64,000 nt of DNA from Actinomycetes bacterium (GCA_022396035.1 JAIOXO010000001.1:129769-193768); one strand, 5' to 3'. Positions 32,129 to 42,963 are shown, counted from the first letter of the stretch. The notes: generated from the sequence alone by a model not told the origin. Translations and numbers: made by a program.

Positions 32129-32227
32129 AAAAAATAAAAAACCGACTAATTAAATTTAGTCGGTTACGCTACTTGCTCTGCTTTTCCCAAGCGTCCAGAT
32201 TCGAGAAAAGCTTCAAAGCATCTAAAT
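32129..32227 (-). promoter_or_regulatory. c-di-GMP-II-like riboswitch with intrinsic-terminator expression platform
   Basis: AUUUAG..GCUUUGAAGCUUUUCUCGA..GGACGCUUGGGAAAAGCAGAGCAAGUAGCGUAACCGACUAAAU, then UUAGUCGGUUUUUU. Confidence 0.82.
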
Positions 32228-32443
32228 CTTATACATATATCAACTTTTTATAAAAAAAGAAGTTTAGTTTAATTATATTTTAAAGTCAAGCAGGTTTTCC
32301 AGACAGGTAATAAGAATCAAGAAAAGGGTGAAAAGGATTGGTCCCGAGGCAGTAATTGGTGGCAACAGGAAAAGGAAGCCAACAAATGCAATAGAAGATA
32401 TGCTAAAGGGTCTGGTAGTAAAACTTAAGAAAGGACTATCTCC

Positions 32444-32575
32444 TACCATACTGGAATGCGCCTTGGTGGGGTGCTGGCTCTGTCCTTGGATTTGGTATTC
32501 TTAAAGGTTAAAACTATTGCAGTAAAAAGGTAACATACCTTAAAAGATGGAAATCCCATTCTAAAAAAGCCCAAA
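32444..32575 (+). pseudogene. Tyrosine integrase remnant
   Basis: Manual translation YHTGMRLGGVLALSLDLVFLKVKTIAVKR*HTLKDGNPILKKPK, matching the box I TGxR motif and the downstream catalytic-Lys region. Confidence 0.7.
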
Positions 32576-32844
32576 TTCTTGCAAGAACTAGCTTCCCACT
32601 CTTTAGGCAGTCCGCCTCTTAATAATCAACCCTTAGATCTTTTAAGTATATAAATGACTTTGGGCATTTTTTGTGCTGAAGATTGAATTTGCCAAGCCAA
32701 ATCCTTGAAATTTTGGAACATGCATTCTCTGAGCTTGAATCCAAAAGGGGTTACTTCTCAGCACATCCTTGTCATTTTCAGCACCCAGCCCACAAGGGTT
32801 GATGCTAAAATACATGGATCTCATGAGTTTAGCAGTTATTAATA

Positions 32845-33197
32845 TGGTGGAGGCGGCGGGAATCGAACCCGCGTCCGAAGATATTGCCACTTAAACTTCT
32901 ACAAGCTTATCCCTTATTTTAATTTCGCTGTCATGTCTGGTAAGGGCACCATCCATAAAAGCTATCCCGCATAAATTTCCCCTGCTATACCTGCGGACAA
33001 GGTATAACCGGGTATCCTGCTAAACGTCGCCTATCGAAAAGCACAGGAAACCTCCCGTAGACGAGCAACGTTAAACTACGCCGCTAAAGCTAACTGTGAA
33101 TCGTCAGCATTTATGTTTAGTTTCAGCTTTTTACGAGTTCTGATACTCGGCTTGCCATCCAAGCTCAACCTATCCCCGTCGAATCCAATTCGCCCCC
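32845..33197 (-). ncRNA. ssrA: tmRNA
   Basis: 5' GGGGGCG pairs with 3' CGCCTCC-ACCA (G3.U); T-loop GGTTCGATTCC; tag reading frame ADDSQLALAA*; immediately downstream of smpB. Confidence 0.97.
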
Positions 33198-33228
33198 ATA
33201 TATGGAGCAGAATCATAATACAACAAAT

Positions 33229-33711
33229 TCATCTATATTTCAAAGCTCTTTTAATTTCCCTCTGCATCTCTTTTTCCTGTATATCCCGTCTTTTATCCCT
33301 CTTCTGCTTACCTTTGGCCAAAGCAAGTTTAACCTTTACCTTATTATCCCTAAAATAAACCTCCAGAGGCACCACGGTAAGGCTCTTATCGGTTAATTTT
33401 GAAGCCAGCCTGTCAATCTCTTTTCGGTGCATCAGCAGTTTTCGGGTCCTAACCGGATCTATCTCCTCAATCCTGGCCTTATCATAGGGAGATATGTGTA
33501 CATTATACAGCAGCAGCTCCCCATTCCTTATCCGGGCATAACTGTCTTTTAAATTAAGCTTATGCGCCCGGATAGATTTAACTTCGCTGCCCCTGAGCAC
33601 AATACCTGCCTCGTAGCTGTCCAGTATAAAAAAATCCCTTAAAGCCTTTTTGTTCCTGGCTGCTGTTACCCTATTTTCATCACTTTTATTCTGCTTAGCC
33701 ATTGTTCTCAT
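33229..33711 (-). CDS. smpB: SsrA-binding protein
   Basis: NKKA, EAGIVLRGSEVKSIR, RTRKLLMHRKEI, DKR. Confidence 0.97.
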   Translation of the reverse strand: MRTMAKQNKSDENRVTAARNKKALRDFFILDSYEAGIVLRGSEVKSIRAHKLNLKDSYARIRNGELLLYNVHISPYDKARIEEIDPVRTRKLLMHRKEIDRLASKLTDKSLTVVPLEVYFRDNKVKVKLALAKGKQKRDKRRDIQEKEMQREIKRALKYR

Positions 33712-34948
33712 CCATCATTGAATTTAAAACTTCCTTGGCCCGGTTAAGCTGGGTATCCTCTTCTGCTTCCAGATCCAGCTCCACTTTTACATCAGGCTCT
33801 ATACCCACTTCATTTATGGATTCTCCCGAAGGCAAAAGATAGTTGGCAGTAGTAAACTTAAGCCCGCCACCATTGGAAAGTTCCTGTATGGTCTGTACCG
33901 TTCCCTTGCCAAAGGTGGTCTCGCCTACCAGAGTTGCCCTTCCGGTTTCCTTGAGCGCTCCTGCTACCAGTTCTGAAGCACTGGCTGAAAATTCATTCAC
34001 TAAAATCACCAGGGGAATATCTGTATACACTCCTTCTTTAGCCTTGTAGGTGCTGGTCCTCTCCTGATCCTCTGTTCTTCCCTTAACTATTACTATAGTT
34101 CCTTCATCCATAAAAAGATCACATACCGCTACGGCATCGTCCAAAATGCCTCCCAGATTATTACGCAAATCCAGTATTATGCCTTCCGCACCTTCATCTT
34201 TTAGCTTCTTTATCTGCTGCTGCAGTTTTTCTGCCCCCATATCCTGGAAACCAATATACTGTACATAACCAATATTGCCATCTATTAACTCTGAAAATAC
34301 ATTGGGCACATAAAACTTCTGCCTGGTTATATCCACCTCAAAACTTTCTTTTTCCGAAGGCCGGTAGATGGTTAAGTTGACATCAGTCCCCTCTTCGCCC
34401 TTGATCTTAGTAACCACTTTCTCCAGCGACAGCCCCAGGGTAGGCTCATCTTCCACCCGGGATATAATGTCACCCTCTTTTAAACCATTGTTAGAAGCAG
34501 GGGTATCCTCTATAACCGTTACTATTACTACCCTTTCCTGTTCATCCTGGGTGACTATTACCCCGATGCCGCTCATGGTTCCCTGGTAGGATTCTATTAT
34601 CTCCTGATATTCTTCCTGGGTAAAATATTCTGCATACTTATCATCCAGACCCTCCAGCATACCTTCTATAGCATTCTGTAGTAACTGCTGTTTGGACTGC
34701 TGATAGATTGAACTGCTTACTATAAGATCTATGGCTTCTTCCAGAGGCTCCAGGCTAAACTCCTGTTCCTGGTTTCTATTAGCCTGGTTTCCTATGCCCA
34801 GAAGGCTGGTGGTACTGTTGCCGTTGGAAAGTTGTTTTATGGAAGAAAAATTTATCCCCAGCCAAAAACCGGTAGAAAGTACGAATATAATTGCAATAAC
34901 TATTGCAATAATTTTTATGATTAATCTTTTCAGCATAAAAAATACCAC
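33695..34948 (-). CDS. S41 carboxyl-terminal processing protease
   Basis: PDZ GIGV, DLRNNLGG, SASASE, TFGKGTVQ. Confidence 0.93.
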   Translation of the reverse strand: MVFFMLKRLIIKIIAIVIAIIFVLSTGFWLGINFSSIKQLSNGNSTTSLLGIGNQANRNQEQEFSLEPLEEAIDLIVSSSIYQQSKQQLLQNAIEGMLEGLDDKYAEYFTQEEYQEIIESYQGTMSGIGVIVTQDEQERVVIVTVIEDTPASNNGLKEGDIISRVEDEPTLGLSLEKVVTKIKGEEGTDVNLTIYRPSEKESFEVDITRQKFYVPNVFSELIDGNIGYVQYIGFQDMGAEKLQQQIKKLKDEGAEGIILDLRNNLGGILDDAVAVCDLFMDEGTIVIVKGRTEDQERTSTYKAKEGVYTDIPLVILVNEFSASASELVAGALKETGRATLVGETTFGKGTVQTIQELSNGGGLKFTTANYLLPSGESINEVGIEPDVKVELDLEAEEDTQLNRAKEVLNSMMDENNG

Positions 34949-35013
34949 CTAAAATGAAAGCTTTACTAATAAATTATATGCTTTTAGGGTAAAAAGCAAT
35001 ATCTGCTAAATTG

Positions 35014-36186
35014 TTACAAATAGCCCATGGGGTTCTGGGCATTTCCATTAATCCTGACCTCGAAATGAAGGTGGGGACCTGTGGACCAGCCGGTGGAACC
35101 CACAAAACCAATAACCTGTCCCCTCTGTACCATCTGGCCGTTGGAAACATTAAACCCGGACATATGTGCATACCAGGTAGCGTAGCCGCCTCCATGGTAG
35201 ATCATTATGGAATTACCGTAACCGCCAAAATAACCTGCCTGCACCACCTGGCCTCCGTCAGCTGCAATTATGGGTGTACCATAGGGAGCTGCTAAATCCA
35301 GTCCTGAATGAAATCTCCTGGTCCCGAATATGGGGTGTACTCGGTAACCAAAACCAGAGCTTATCCTTCCCGCTACCGGCCAGGCAAACTTGCCTCCGGG
35401 GGCGCTTCCATAGCGGTAGCTTTCCAGAATTCGTTTAACCTCTGATTCCTTAGCCGCCAGCTGCTTTTCCATCTGGATGAGAGCGTTCTTGTTAGCCGTA
35501 GTCTGGGATAGCAGTGAGTTTTTTTCATTATATATGCCTTCTACCTCTGCTTTTTTGGCTTCAGCCTGTACCACCAGGGATTCGACTTTTTCTTTGCTTT
35601 CCCTCTGCTTTTCCCTCAGGTCCAATATGGACTTCTTTACACTTAAGGTGGCCTGTTTTTCATCCTTGATGGCAGTTATAATTTCAGTATCCTGCTCGGC
35701 AAGGTTGTTCATCAGCTTGATACGGGAGACAAACTCCAGGAAGCTTTCCGCTTTTAGCAGAATTTCTAAAACATTAATATTGCGGTTTTTGTAAATGGAG
35801 GCAACCCGGTCATTTAAAATCTGGATCTTGGAATCCAGTTCCAGTTCTATATCTTTAAGCTCCTGTTCCTTCAGGACCAGCTCGATGGTGGTTTTATCAA
35901 TCTCCGCCTTGGCCTCCACCAGTTTATTGTTGAGGTCATTTAAGTCTGACAGAGCTCCCAGCAGCTGTTCTTCCACTACTGCTACCTGCTGAATGTATTC
36001 CTGCTCCTGCTTCTTTACTTCCTGTATTTTTTCCTGGGTTTCTTCTCTCTCTTCCTTGATTTGCTCCAGTTCCTCTTCCAGGGTCTGGGCATGAAGCATA
36101 GAAGGATTATAGCCGGATATAAAAGAAGCGGTGGCTACTATAATTGCTACAATTATGGCTATAATGTTTTTGCTACAATTTTGCAT
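35014..36186 (-). CDS. Coiled-coil M23 peptidase (EnvC-like murein hydrolase/activator)
   Basis: Signal peptide, long coiled coil, HSGLD, YAHMS, STGPHLHFE; adjacent to ftsX. Confidence 0.9.
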   Translation of the reverse strand: MQNCSKNIIAIIVAIIVATASFISGYNPSMLHAQTLEEELEQIKEEREETQEKIQEVKKQEQEYIQQVAVVEEQLLGALSDLNDLNNKLVEAKAEIDKTTIELVLKEQELKDIELELDSKIQILNDRVASIYKNRNINVLEILLKAESFLEFVSRIKLMNNLAEQDTEIITAIKDEKQATLSVKKSILDLREKQRESKEKVESLVVQAEAKKAEVEGIYNEKNSLLSQTTANKNALIQMEKQLAAKESEVKRILESYRYGSAPGGKFAWPVAGRISSGFGYRVHPIFGTRRFHSGLDLAAPYGTPIIAADGGQVVQAGYFGGYGNSIMIYHGGGYATWYAHMSGFNVSNGQMVQRGQVIGFVGSTGWSTGPHLHFEVRINGNAQNPMGYL

Positions 36187-36241
36187 AAGTTAAAATAATA
36201 TGTTTTCCTTATTCTACCATACCTTTTTATAATGTTAAGTC

Positions 36242-37150
36242 CTAAACTTTCAGGTAACGTCTCAGGGCCAGGGCACTGCTTATCAGTCCCACCAGCACCC
36301 CCAGGCCTATCAGCAGCAGATAAATATATATGACAGTATCATTGCTGCCTACAATAGCCAGATCCTTAATCCTCATGGTATCCACTATGGCCCTTTCCCC
36401 CTTTATAAGCAGGAAATTACCCAGAAAATAAAGGATAACTACCGCCAGTATACTGCCCAGAAAGCCCTCAAAAAAGCCCTCAAAAAGGAAGGGTATACGT
36501 ACAAACCAGTTGGAAGCTCCCACCAGCTTCATGACTTCAACTTCCTTTCTCCTGGCATGTATGGACAGCCGGATAGTATTGTATATAAGCACAATAGTGG
36601 CCAGAAGCAGCACAATTATTATCAGCAAAGCAATAGTGCCCACAATGGCTATTACTGAAAACAGTTTATTTACATAGTTCTGGCCATATATAACATCATT
36701 TACCCCTTCAATAAAGCCGCCGTCCTGGTTAATAAACCGCAGGGCCACCTGGTCCACCTTTTCCGGATCATTAAGGGTTAGCTCAAAAGATGCGGGCAGG
36801 GGATTGCCCTGAATTTCCTTAAGTATATCGCTGCCCTCATTTTTTTCCCTGAACTGCTCCAGGGCCTGGTCTTTGGATATGAACCTCACATCCTTTATCT
36901 CTTCCCAGCCCTCAATCTCCTGTTCCAGATAGGTCTGCAATTCATCGGAGACATTATCTTCAAGGTAAACTGCAATTTCAACCTGGCCTTTTATGGAATT
37001 GAGTATGCCCAGCACATCATAAACTATCACTGAAAACAGCCCGACCATAAACAGGGTTATGGCTACAGTGGTGATAGCGGTAAAAGCCATCAAAAAATTT
37101 CTCTTAAAATTGGAAAAGGTCTCTCCGAAATAATACTTGGCCCTGGTCAT
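36242..37150 (-). CDS. ftsX: Cell division permease FtsX
   Basis: NPLPASF, NTIRLSIHARRKEVEVMKLVGA. Confidence 0.95.
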   Translation of the reverse strand: MTRAKYYFGETFSNFKRNFLMAFTAITTVAITLFMVGLFSVIVYDVLGILNSIKGQVEIAVYLEDNVSDELQTYLEQEIEGWEEIKDVRFISKDQALEQFREKNEGSDILKEIQGNPLPASFELTLNDPEKVDQVALRFINQDGGFIEGVNDVIYGQNYVNKLFSVIAIVGTIALLIIIVLLLATIVLIYNTIRLSIHARRKEVEVMKLVGASNWFVRIPFLFEGFFEGFLGSILAVVILYFLGNFLLIKGERAIVDTMRIKDLAIVGSNDTVIYIYLLLIGLGVLVGLISSALALRRYLKV

Positions 37151-37854
37151 TATTCTCCGTAAACCCCTCTCTTCTGGTCCCTTATTATCTCTCCGTTCTC
37201 CAGCTCTACCACTCTTCTGCGCATTGAATTTACCACACTCTTGTCGTGGGTGGCCATGACCACGGTAGTGCCGATTAAGCTTATCCTGGAAAGGAGCTTC
37301 ATAATACCGTCACTGGTGGTCGGATCCAGGTTTCCGGTAGGCTCATCTGCCAGCAATACGGGAGGGCGGTTTACAAAAGCCCTGGCTATGGATACCCTCT
37401 GCTGCTCCCCTCCCGAAAGCTGATGGGGAAAGGAACTCATCTTCTGGTACAATCCTACCAGCTTAAGTACCTGGGGAACCTGGATTTTGATTACATAGGT
37501 AGGCTTGCCTATTACATCCAGGGCAAAAGCTACATTTTCAAACACGGTTTTATTGGGCAAAAGCTTAAAATCCTGGAAGACACAGCCCATGTTTCTCCTG
37601 AGCTGGGGTACGCGGGAAGATTTCAGTTTACAAATATTTCGCCCTGCTATAAGGATAGAACCACTGGATACATCGTATTCCTTTATAAGCAGCTTAATAA
37701 ATGTAGATTTTCCCGAACCGCTGGGGCCCACCAGGAAGATAAATTCACCCTTCTTAACCATAACATTTATATTTTTTAGAGCGATGGTATTATCATCATA
37801 AATCTTGGTAACATTCTTAAATTCAATCATATTCATGGTCATGTTAGAAAGCAA
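37150..37854 (-). CDS. ftsE: Cell division ATP-binding protein FtsE
   Basis: [35 protein letters not shown]. Confidence 0.95.
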   Translation of the reverse strand: MLSNMTMNMIEFKNVTKIYDDNTIALKNINVMVKKGEFIFLVGPSGSGKSTFIKLLIKEYDVSSGSILIAGRNICKLKSSRVPQLRRNMGCVFQDFKLLPNKTVFENVAFALDVIGKPTYVIKIQVPQVLKLVGLYQKMSSFPHQLSGGEQQRVSIARAFVNRPPVLLADEPTGNLDPTTSDGIMKLLSRISLIGTTVVMATHDKSVVNSMRRRVVELENGEIIRDQKRGVYGE

Positions 37855-37875
37855 AAATTTTTTATTAGATAGAGT

Positions 37876-38980
37876 TTAACCTCTGGTTAACATTTTTTCA
37901 AGATAACCCCTTATAAATTCATCTATATCTCCATCCAGCACCGATTGTACATCCCCTATCTCCACTCCCGTACGGTGATCTTTAATAAGCTGGTAGGGCT
38001 GGAGGGTATAGCTTCTTATCTGATTACCCCAGGCAATATCTTTTTTCTCTCCCCTTACCCTATCCATCTTTTCCTGCTTTTTTTGCATCTCCAGTTCGTA
38101 AAGCTTGGATTTAAGAATCTGCATAGCAGTCTGCCGGTTAAGCATCTGGGAACGTTCATCCTGGCAGCTGACTACAATTCCGCTAGGCTGATGGGTTATC
38201 CTGACTGCTGAATCGGTAACATTTACATGCTGCCCTCCGGCTCCGCTGGACCGGAAGGTATCAATTTTTAAGTCTTCTTTGTTTATGTTTATGTCCACCT
38301 CCTGCTCAAACAGAGGGGTAACTTCCACCGAAGCAAAGGAGGTATGCCTCCTCTTAGAAGAATCAAAGGGGGAAATCCTTACCAAACGGTGTATGCCTTT
38401 TTCCCCTTTGAGCAGCCCGTAAGCATAATCGCCCTTCACGGTCAGGGTAGCATTCTTGATACCGGCCTCATCTCCCGGTGACAGGTCAACCATGCGGTAA
38501 TTTAGTTTCCTCTTTTCCATCCACCTTGTATACATCCTCAGCAGCATCTCGGCCCAATCCTGGGATTCAGTTCCTCCGGCACCGGGATGTATGTTAAGCA
38601 CTGCGGGGTAAGCATCATAGGGTCCGGAAAGTATAGCCTGCTCTTCAATACCATCGGTCGCTTTTTTCAGCTGGCTTAAATTTTCTTTTAACTCTGATTC
38701 AAGTTTGGCATCCGGGCCTGCCTCCAGAAGCTGCAGCCCCAGTTCCGTATCTTCGGCCAGCTGCCCGGCCTGCTCATACCTGTCAATTAAGTCTTTGATG
38801 CTGTTTATGTCCTGTAAAATCTTCTGGGCCCGGTCTTTGTTTTCCCAGAAATCTGATTTTAGTGACTGTTTCTGCAGCCGGTCCAGCTGGCTTTTTTTCT
38901 TATCTATTTCAAAGACAATCCTTTAAGAATGAGAGCTTTTCCTTTATTTCTTTAAGTTTATCGGGATAATCTTGTATCAT
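37876..38980 (-). CDS. prfB: Peptide chain release factor 2 with +1 programmed frameshift
   Basis: First frame MIQDYPDKLKEIKEKLSFLKDCL ends at CTT TGA (38914-38909). The +1 frame from 38910 is in register with the stop at 37876 and contains SPF and GGQ. Confidence 0.95.
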
Positions 38981-38982
38981 GG

Positions 38983-41502
38983 TTACCTTCCGCAACACTT
39001 TTTATATTTTTTACCGCTTCCACAGGGACAGGGGTCATTTCTGCCCACCTTTTCCTTGCTCCCGGCCGGCTCCCTGGAAGGAGGCCGGGAAGCCTGGGCC
39101 GGTCCGCTGGCAGTAATATTTTCCAGGGGATTCCTTTTAGGCTCCTGTTTTTTAGCCACCACCCTGGCATTAAACAACAGCTTTACCGTATCCGACCTGA
39201 TTTCCGATATAAGTTCCTTAAACAGGCCAAAGGCTTCGTGCTTGTATTCTACCAGAGGATCTCTCTGGCCGATAGCCCTCAGGCCAATTCCTTCCTTCAG
39301 GTAGTCCATTTCCAACAGATGTTCTCTCCAGCGGTTATCTATTACATCCAGCATTATAAACTTCTCCAGATTTCTGGTAACTTCCGGCCCCAGCTCCTGT
39401 TCCCTCTGCTGGTAAGCATTAAGCGCCTTCTGCTTTAGCAGCTGGGCCAGCTGGTCAACCTTCATGTTTTCCTTTACAGCGTCTGGCTCCACCAGACTCT
39501 GTCCAAAGATAGGGTCGGCAGCTGAAGCCAGCCCTGCCAGGTCCCAGTTTTCGGGATAATCATTTTTATTTATATGGACTTTTACCAGCTCACCAACTAC
39601 CTCTTCAATCAGGGAGACGGCATTCTGTTTGAGATCCTGTTCTAAAAGTATCTTCTCCCTGCGGCCGTAGATTACCTCCCTCTGCTTGTTCATAACGTCA
39701 TCATACTCTAAGACATGCTTCCTTATTTCAAAATTACGGGATTCCACCTGTCTCTGCGCATTCTCCACCGCCCTGTTTATCATAGGGTGCTGTATGGGCA
39801 TATCATCAGGGAAATTGAACCTTTCCATAATTGCACCGATACGGTCCGAACCAAACAGCCGCAACAGCTCATCCTCTGTAGAGAGGTAAAACTGGCTGGA
39901 GCCTGGATCTCCCTGTCTGCCGCTTCTTCCCCGCAGCTGATTGTCTATTCTCCTGCTCTCATGGCGTTCGGTACCCAGTACATGCAAACCTCCCCGGTCT
40001 GTCACCCCCGGGCTCAGAACAATGTCAGTACCTCTTCCGGCCATATTGGTAGCGATAGTAACTGTACCCTTTTGTCCGGCATCTGCTACTACCTGGGCTT
40101 CCTTTTCATGCTGCTTGGCATTAAGCACACTGTGGGGGATACCCAGCCGTTTAAGCATACCGGAAAGCTTCTCCGATTTTTCAATAGAGATGGTGCCTAC
40201 CAGTACCGGCTGGCCTTTCTGGTACCGGCTGGCAATATCATTGACCACATTCTCAAACTTTAACTGTTCGCTCTGATATATAAGGTCGGGAAGCTCATCC
40301 CTTTTTAGAGGCTTGTTGGTAGGTATAACCACCGTTTCCAAACCGTATATATGCCTGAACTCTGCTGCTTCGGTAATGGCAGTACCGGTCATTCCGGCCA
40401 GGGTGTCATACATACGGAAATAATTCTGTATGGTTATGGTAGCCAGGGTCTGGTTTTCGTCCCGTATGGCCACTTTCTCCTTGGCCTCTATGGCCTGGTG
40501 CAGGCCCTCTGAATATCTCCTGCCGGGCATAAGCCTGCCCGTAAACTCATCCACTATCATTACTTCGCCGTCTTTTACTATATAATCCACATCTTTTTTA
40601 AACAGGTAACTGGCTTTAAGGGACTGGTTAAGCGCATGGACCAGCAGGTAGTTGGAAGGATCATAAAGATTGTCAATCCCGGTTATATTCTCTACCTTTT
40701 CTACCCCCTCTTCGGTTATGGCAGCATTTCTGGCCTTCTCATCTATCTCAAAATCTACCCCTTCTTCCAGCATGGGGACTATACGGGAAAACTGTTTATA
40801 CAGCTTGGTTGTACCGGTAGCCACCCCCGATATTATAAGGGGGGTTCTGGCTTCGTCAATCAATATACTGTCCACCTCATCTATAATGGCATACTGGTGC
40901 TCTTTCTGGACCATCCGGTCCCTGCTTATTACCATATTGTCCCTGAGGTAATCAAAGCCAAATTCATTATTGGTGCCATAGACCACGTCCGCATCATACT
41001 GCTGCTTCTTTTCTGCCGTATCCATTCCATGCTGCAGAAGCCCCACTTTCAGGCCCAGAAAATCATAAATCTTACCCATCCACTGGCTGTCCCTTTTGGC
41101 CAGGTAATCATTGACAGTAACCAGATGGGTACACCTGCCGCCAATGGCATTAAGGTATATTGGCAGTGTGGCCACCAGGGTCTTCCCTTCACCGGTTTTC
41201 ATCTCGGCAATCTTTCCTTCATACAATACCGCACCGCCCATTATCTGTACATCAAAGTGCCTCATGCCCAGAGTCCTTTTGGCTACTTCCCTTACCACTG
41301 CAAATGCTTCCGCCATTAGCTCATCCAGGCTCTGGCCCTCAGAGTGCCTCTGTTTAAACCGGGCAGTCTTGGTTGCCAGCGCACTATCATCCAGCTTCTT
41401 GAGTTCATCCTCATAACCGGCAACCTGCTCCACCAGCTGCTCATAGACTTTTAGTTTTTTACCCTCGCCAAATTTTAATATATTTGTAATTTTCTCAAAC
41501 AT
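38983..41502 (-). CDS. secA: Preprotein translocase ATPase SecA
   Basis: [59 protein letters not shown]. Confidence 0.98.
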   Translation of the reverse strand: MFEKITNILKFGEGKKLKVYEQLVEQVAGYEDELKKLDDSALATKTARFKQRHSEGQSLDELMAEAFAVVREVAKRTLGMRHFDVQIMGGAVLYEGKIAEMKTGEGKTLVATLPIYLNAIGGRCTHLVTVNDYLAKRDSQWMGKIYDFLGLKVGLLQHGMDTAEKKQQYDADVVYGTNNEFGFDYLRDNMVISRDRMVQKEHQYAIIDEVDSILIDEARTPLIISGVATGTTKLYKQFSRIVPMLEEGVDFEIDEKARNAAITEEGVEKVENITGIDNLYDPSNYLLVHALNQSLKASYLFKKDVDYIVKDGEVMIVDEFTGRLMPGRRYSEGLHQAIEAKEKVAIRDENQTLATITIQNYFRMYDTLAGMTGTAITEAAEFRHIYGLETVVIPTNKPLKRDELPDLIYQSEQLKFENVVNDIASRYQKGQPVLVGTISIEKSEKLSGMLKRLGIPHSVLNAKQHEKEAQVVADAGQKGTVTIATNMAGRGTDIVLSPGVTDRGGLHVLGTERHESRRIDNQLRGRSGRQGDPGSSQFYLSTEDELLRLFGSDRIGAIMERFNFPDDMPIQHPMINRAVENAQRQVESRNFEIRKHVLEYDDVMNKQREVIYGRREKILLEQDLKQNAVSLIEEVVGELVKVHINKNDYPENWDLAGLASAADPIFGQSLVEPDAVKENMKVDQLAQLLKQKALNAYQQREQELGPEVTRNLEKFIMLDVIDNRWREHLLEMDYLKEGIGLRAIGQRDPLVEYKHEAFGLFKELISEIRSDTVKLLFNARVVAKKQEPKRNPLENITASGPAQASRPPSREPAGSKEKVGRNDPCPCGSGKKYKKCCGR

Positions 41503-41516
41503 AATTTTTCACCAGA

Positions 41517-42056
41517 TTATTCAGTAGTAGGCTCAATAAGCCCGTAATTGGAATCTTTCCTGCGGTAAACCACTGCCGTATCATTGGTTTCCGAATTTAT
41601 AAATACAAAAAAGTCATGTCCCAGAAGCTCCATCTGCATTACTGCCTCTTCCGGAGCAATGGGTTTTAACATAAAGGTTTTGGTTTTGACTATCTGTTTC
41701 TTTAATTTCTCCACCGCATTATTTTCATTGCTGTCTGCCGGAGATTTCCTGCTCCTTTGAATCCTCTTGTTCTTAAACTTCTTGGCCTGCCTTTCCAGCT
41801 TGTCACTTACCTTGTCTATGGCAGAAAAAACATCCGTCCCCGAATCTTCGGCCCTGATAACTGCTCCTGCAGTAAACACGGTAACTTCAGCCCGGTTGTT
41901 TTCATTTATGCTGGGATTCTTCTCAAAAATTAATTTTAGCTCTACTTCCATCGCTTTATCCAAAAATTTATCTACCCTCGCCTTTATCTTTTTGTCCGCA
42001 TACTCTTTTATCTTGTCATCCAGATCGATGTCTATGCCCCTGACTCTAAATTCCAT
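41517..42056 (-). CDS. hpf: Ribosome hibernation promoting factor (long HPF)
   Basis: AIDKVSDKLERQ; C-terminal EEAVMQMELLGHDFFVF, VYRRKDSNYGLIE. Confidence 0.93.
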   Translation of the reverse strand: MEFRVRGIDIDLDDKIKEYADKKIKARVDKFLDKAMEVELKLIFEKNPSINENNRAEVTVFTAGAVIRAEDSGTDVFSAIDKVSDKLERQAKKFKNKRIQRSRKSPADSNENNAVEKLKKQIVKTKTFMLKPIAPEEAVMQMELLGHDFFVFINSETNDTAVVYRRKDSNYGLIEPTTE

Positions 42057-42070
42057 TTTTCCCTCCTTGG

Positions 42071-42283
42071 TTAATTGTTTTTAAGGCAAACCTCAACCGC
42101 TATGGAGCCCCTGTGGTCATGGTCCAGTTTAAAAACCACCTTCTGGCCCCGGCTAAGGCTTTTAAAGCCGGTACCGCTTATGCCGCTATAGTGGACAAAA
42201 ATATTATCCACATCCCCTGACTTTATAAAGCCAAACCCCTTTTCGGGGCTGAACCATTTTACTATACCCTGTTCCTGATTCAT
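42071..42283 (-). CDS. Cold-shock domain protein
   Basis: VKWFSPEKGFGFI, FVHYSGI. Confidence 0.9.
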   Translation of the reverse strand: MNQEQGIVKWFSPEKGFGFIKSGDVDNIFVHYSGISGTGFKSLSRGQKVVFKLDHDHRGSIAVEVCLKNN

Positions 42284-42963
42284 ATATGCTGCTCTCCCCT
42301 GGCTACAGTTAAAAGATACACCTTTTCTGCCCCCGCCTGTTTAGCCAGCCAGGCAATATGGTTTAAGGTGCTTCCAGTAGTAAAAACATCATCTATCAGC
42401 AGCAGGTTGCGGCCCCAGTATTTCAGGCAATTTATAACTTTGTAGCTGCCTGCCGGATTATATTTTCTTGAATAGCTGTCCAGCTTCTTCTGCTCCTGGT
42501 TTTCCTTAATTTTCATCAAGTTGTTAGCATAAGGTATTTTCAACTTGCTTTCAAGGTGTTTGCATATCCTGTGAATATGGCTTCCCGGGGCCCCGTCTAA
42601 TACCTCTATATTCTCCCCCATATAATGCTTCAGGTAACAGTCTTGAAGCCAGGAAGCCAGAAGGTCTGACAACTGATACAGGCGCAGCTGTTTGTAGCGG
42701 TAGATAATGGTTTTTATACCTGCCCGGTAAAAGGCAAAACTCCTGCACCGCCAGTAATACAGGGACTGACGGGAACAGAAACTGCAACCTGATCGTGAAC
42801 CTGGTTTCCCACAACGTTCACATATTCCGGTGCCGATAACTTCTATCTGCCGTCTGCATTTATCACACAAGCTGTCGGTAGTTATCCTTCCACATAGACA
42901 ACAGGCAGGAGCCAGGAACATATCTTTAAATGCCTGGCCTAAATTTAGATGACTTAAATTCAC
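42280..42963 (-). CDS. ComF-family protein
   Basis: N-terminal double zinc-ribbon Cys pattern; PRTase LLIDDVFTTGST. Confidence 0.85.
   Translation of the reverse strand: MNLSHLNLGQAFKDMFLAPACCLCGRITTDSLCDKCRRQIEVIGTGICERCGKPGSRSGCSFCSRQSLYYWRCRSFAFYRAGIKTIIYRYKQLRLYQLSDLLASWLQDCYLKHYMGENIEVLDGAPGSHIHRICKHLESKLKIPYANNLMKIKENQEQKKLDSYSRKYNPAGSYKVINCLKYWGRNLLLIDDVFTTGSTLNHIAWLAKQAGAEKVYLLTVARGEQHI

Noticed and set aside
32642-32890. 82-aa ORF MAISSDAGSIPAAST...
   Set aside because: It begins inside the tmRNA 3' end, so it is an artefact of the RNA gene.
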